From NCBI GenBank assembly GCA_964426185.1, contig CAYRPF010000011.1, positions 31,862-58,125 of the forward strand: DNA of 26,264 nucleotides. The letters run 5' to 3'. The position numbers were made by a program, and so were the translations under genes. The stretch's first letter is position 1, and every line of letters starts with the position of its first letter. Under the pieces are notes generated by a model. It made no database searches and had not been told where the DNA came from. It worked only from the letters and a program-made list of their open reading frames with translations. The stretch comes from an uncultured archaeon. Lineage in GTDB: Archaea; Asgardarchaeota; Lokiarchaeia; Sigyniarchaeales; Promethearchaeaceae. Below are positions 26,148-26,264 of this stretch, piece after piece.

Positions 26148-26264
26148 CTAGATAACAGGGTAATTTTTCGTGACATTTTTTTATTTTCCTTCTCATATTG
26201 TATTTTTAGCGAATATAATCAAGTATTCTACCAGGTCTTCTTAATCTTACATTTATCTCTCCAC

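Noticed and set aside
1-26264. CRISPR array, IS element, rRNA, and the remaining short antisense ORFs in the track
   Set aside because: No regularly spaced repeats, transposase motifs or rRNA-like tract were seen. The other short ORFs lie within or overlap well-supported genes.

Overview
Low-GC (about 30% by eye) archaeal chromosomal window, most consistent with an Asgard archaeon of the Lokiarchaeia/Promethearchaeota. It mixes archaeal informational genes (Sm-like protein, RIO2, TFE-alpha, TrmJ-like methyltransferase, intron-containing tRNA-Thr(CGU), RtcB, Cdc6/Orc1) with eukaryotic-signature-type genes: a Rab-like GTPase, a ubiquitin-like protein ending in GG-F, and an OST5/TMEM258-like membrane protein. 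No mobile element or CRISPR array is visible. The most unusual items are: (1) a lipoyl-lysine-less GcvH-like domain fused to a complete Rab-like GTPase; (2) a stand-alone ubiquitin-like protein with a 1-residue C-terminal extension next to tfe; (3) many metabolic or signalling folds with substituted catalytic residues but intact ORFs (LarA-like, MBL-fold, YihQ-like GH31, receiver, GcvH-like, two SIS/GlmS-like proteins); (4) an apparent ATT start codon for tfe; (5) two tiny coupled uORFs abutting cdc6. All family calls come from motif recognition by eye. No searches were run.
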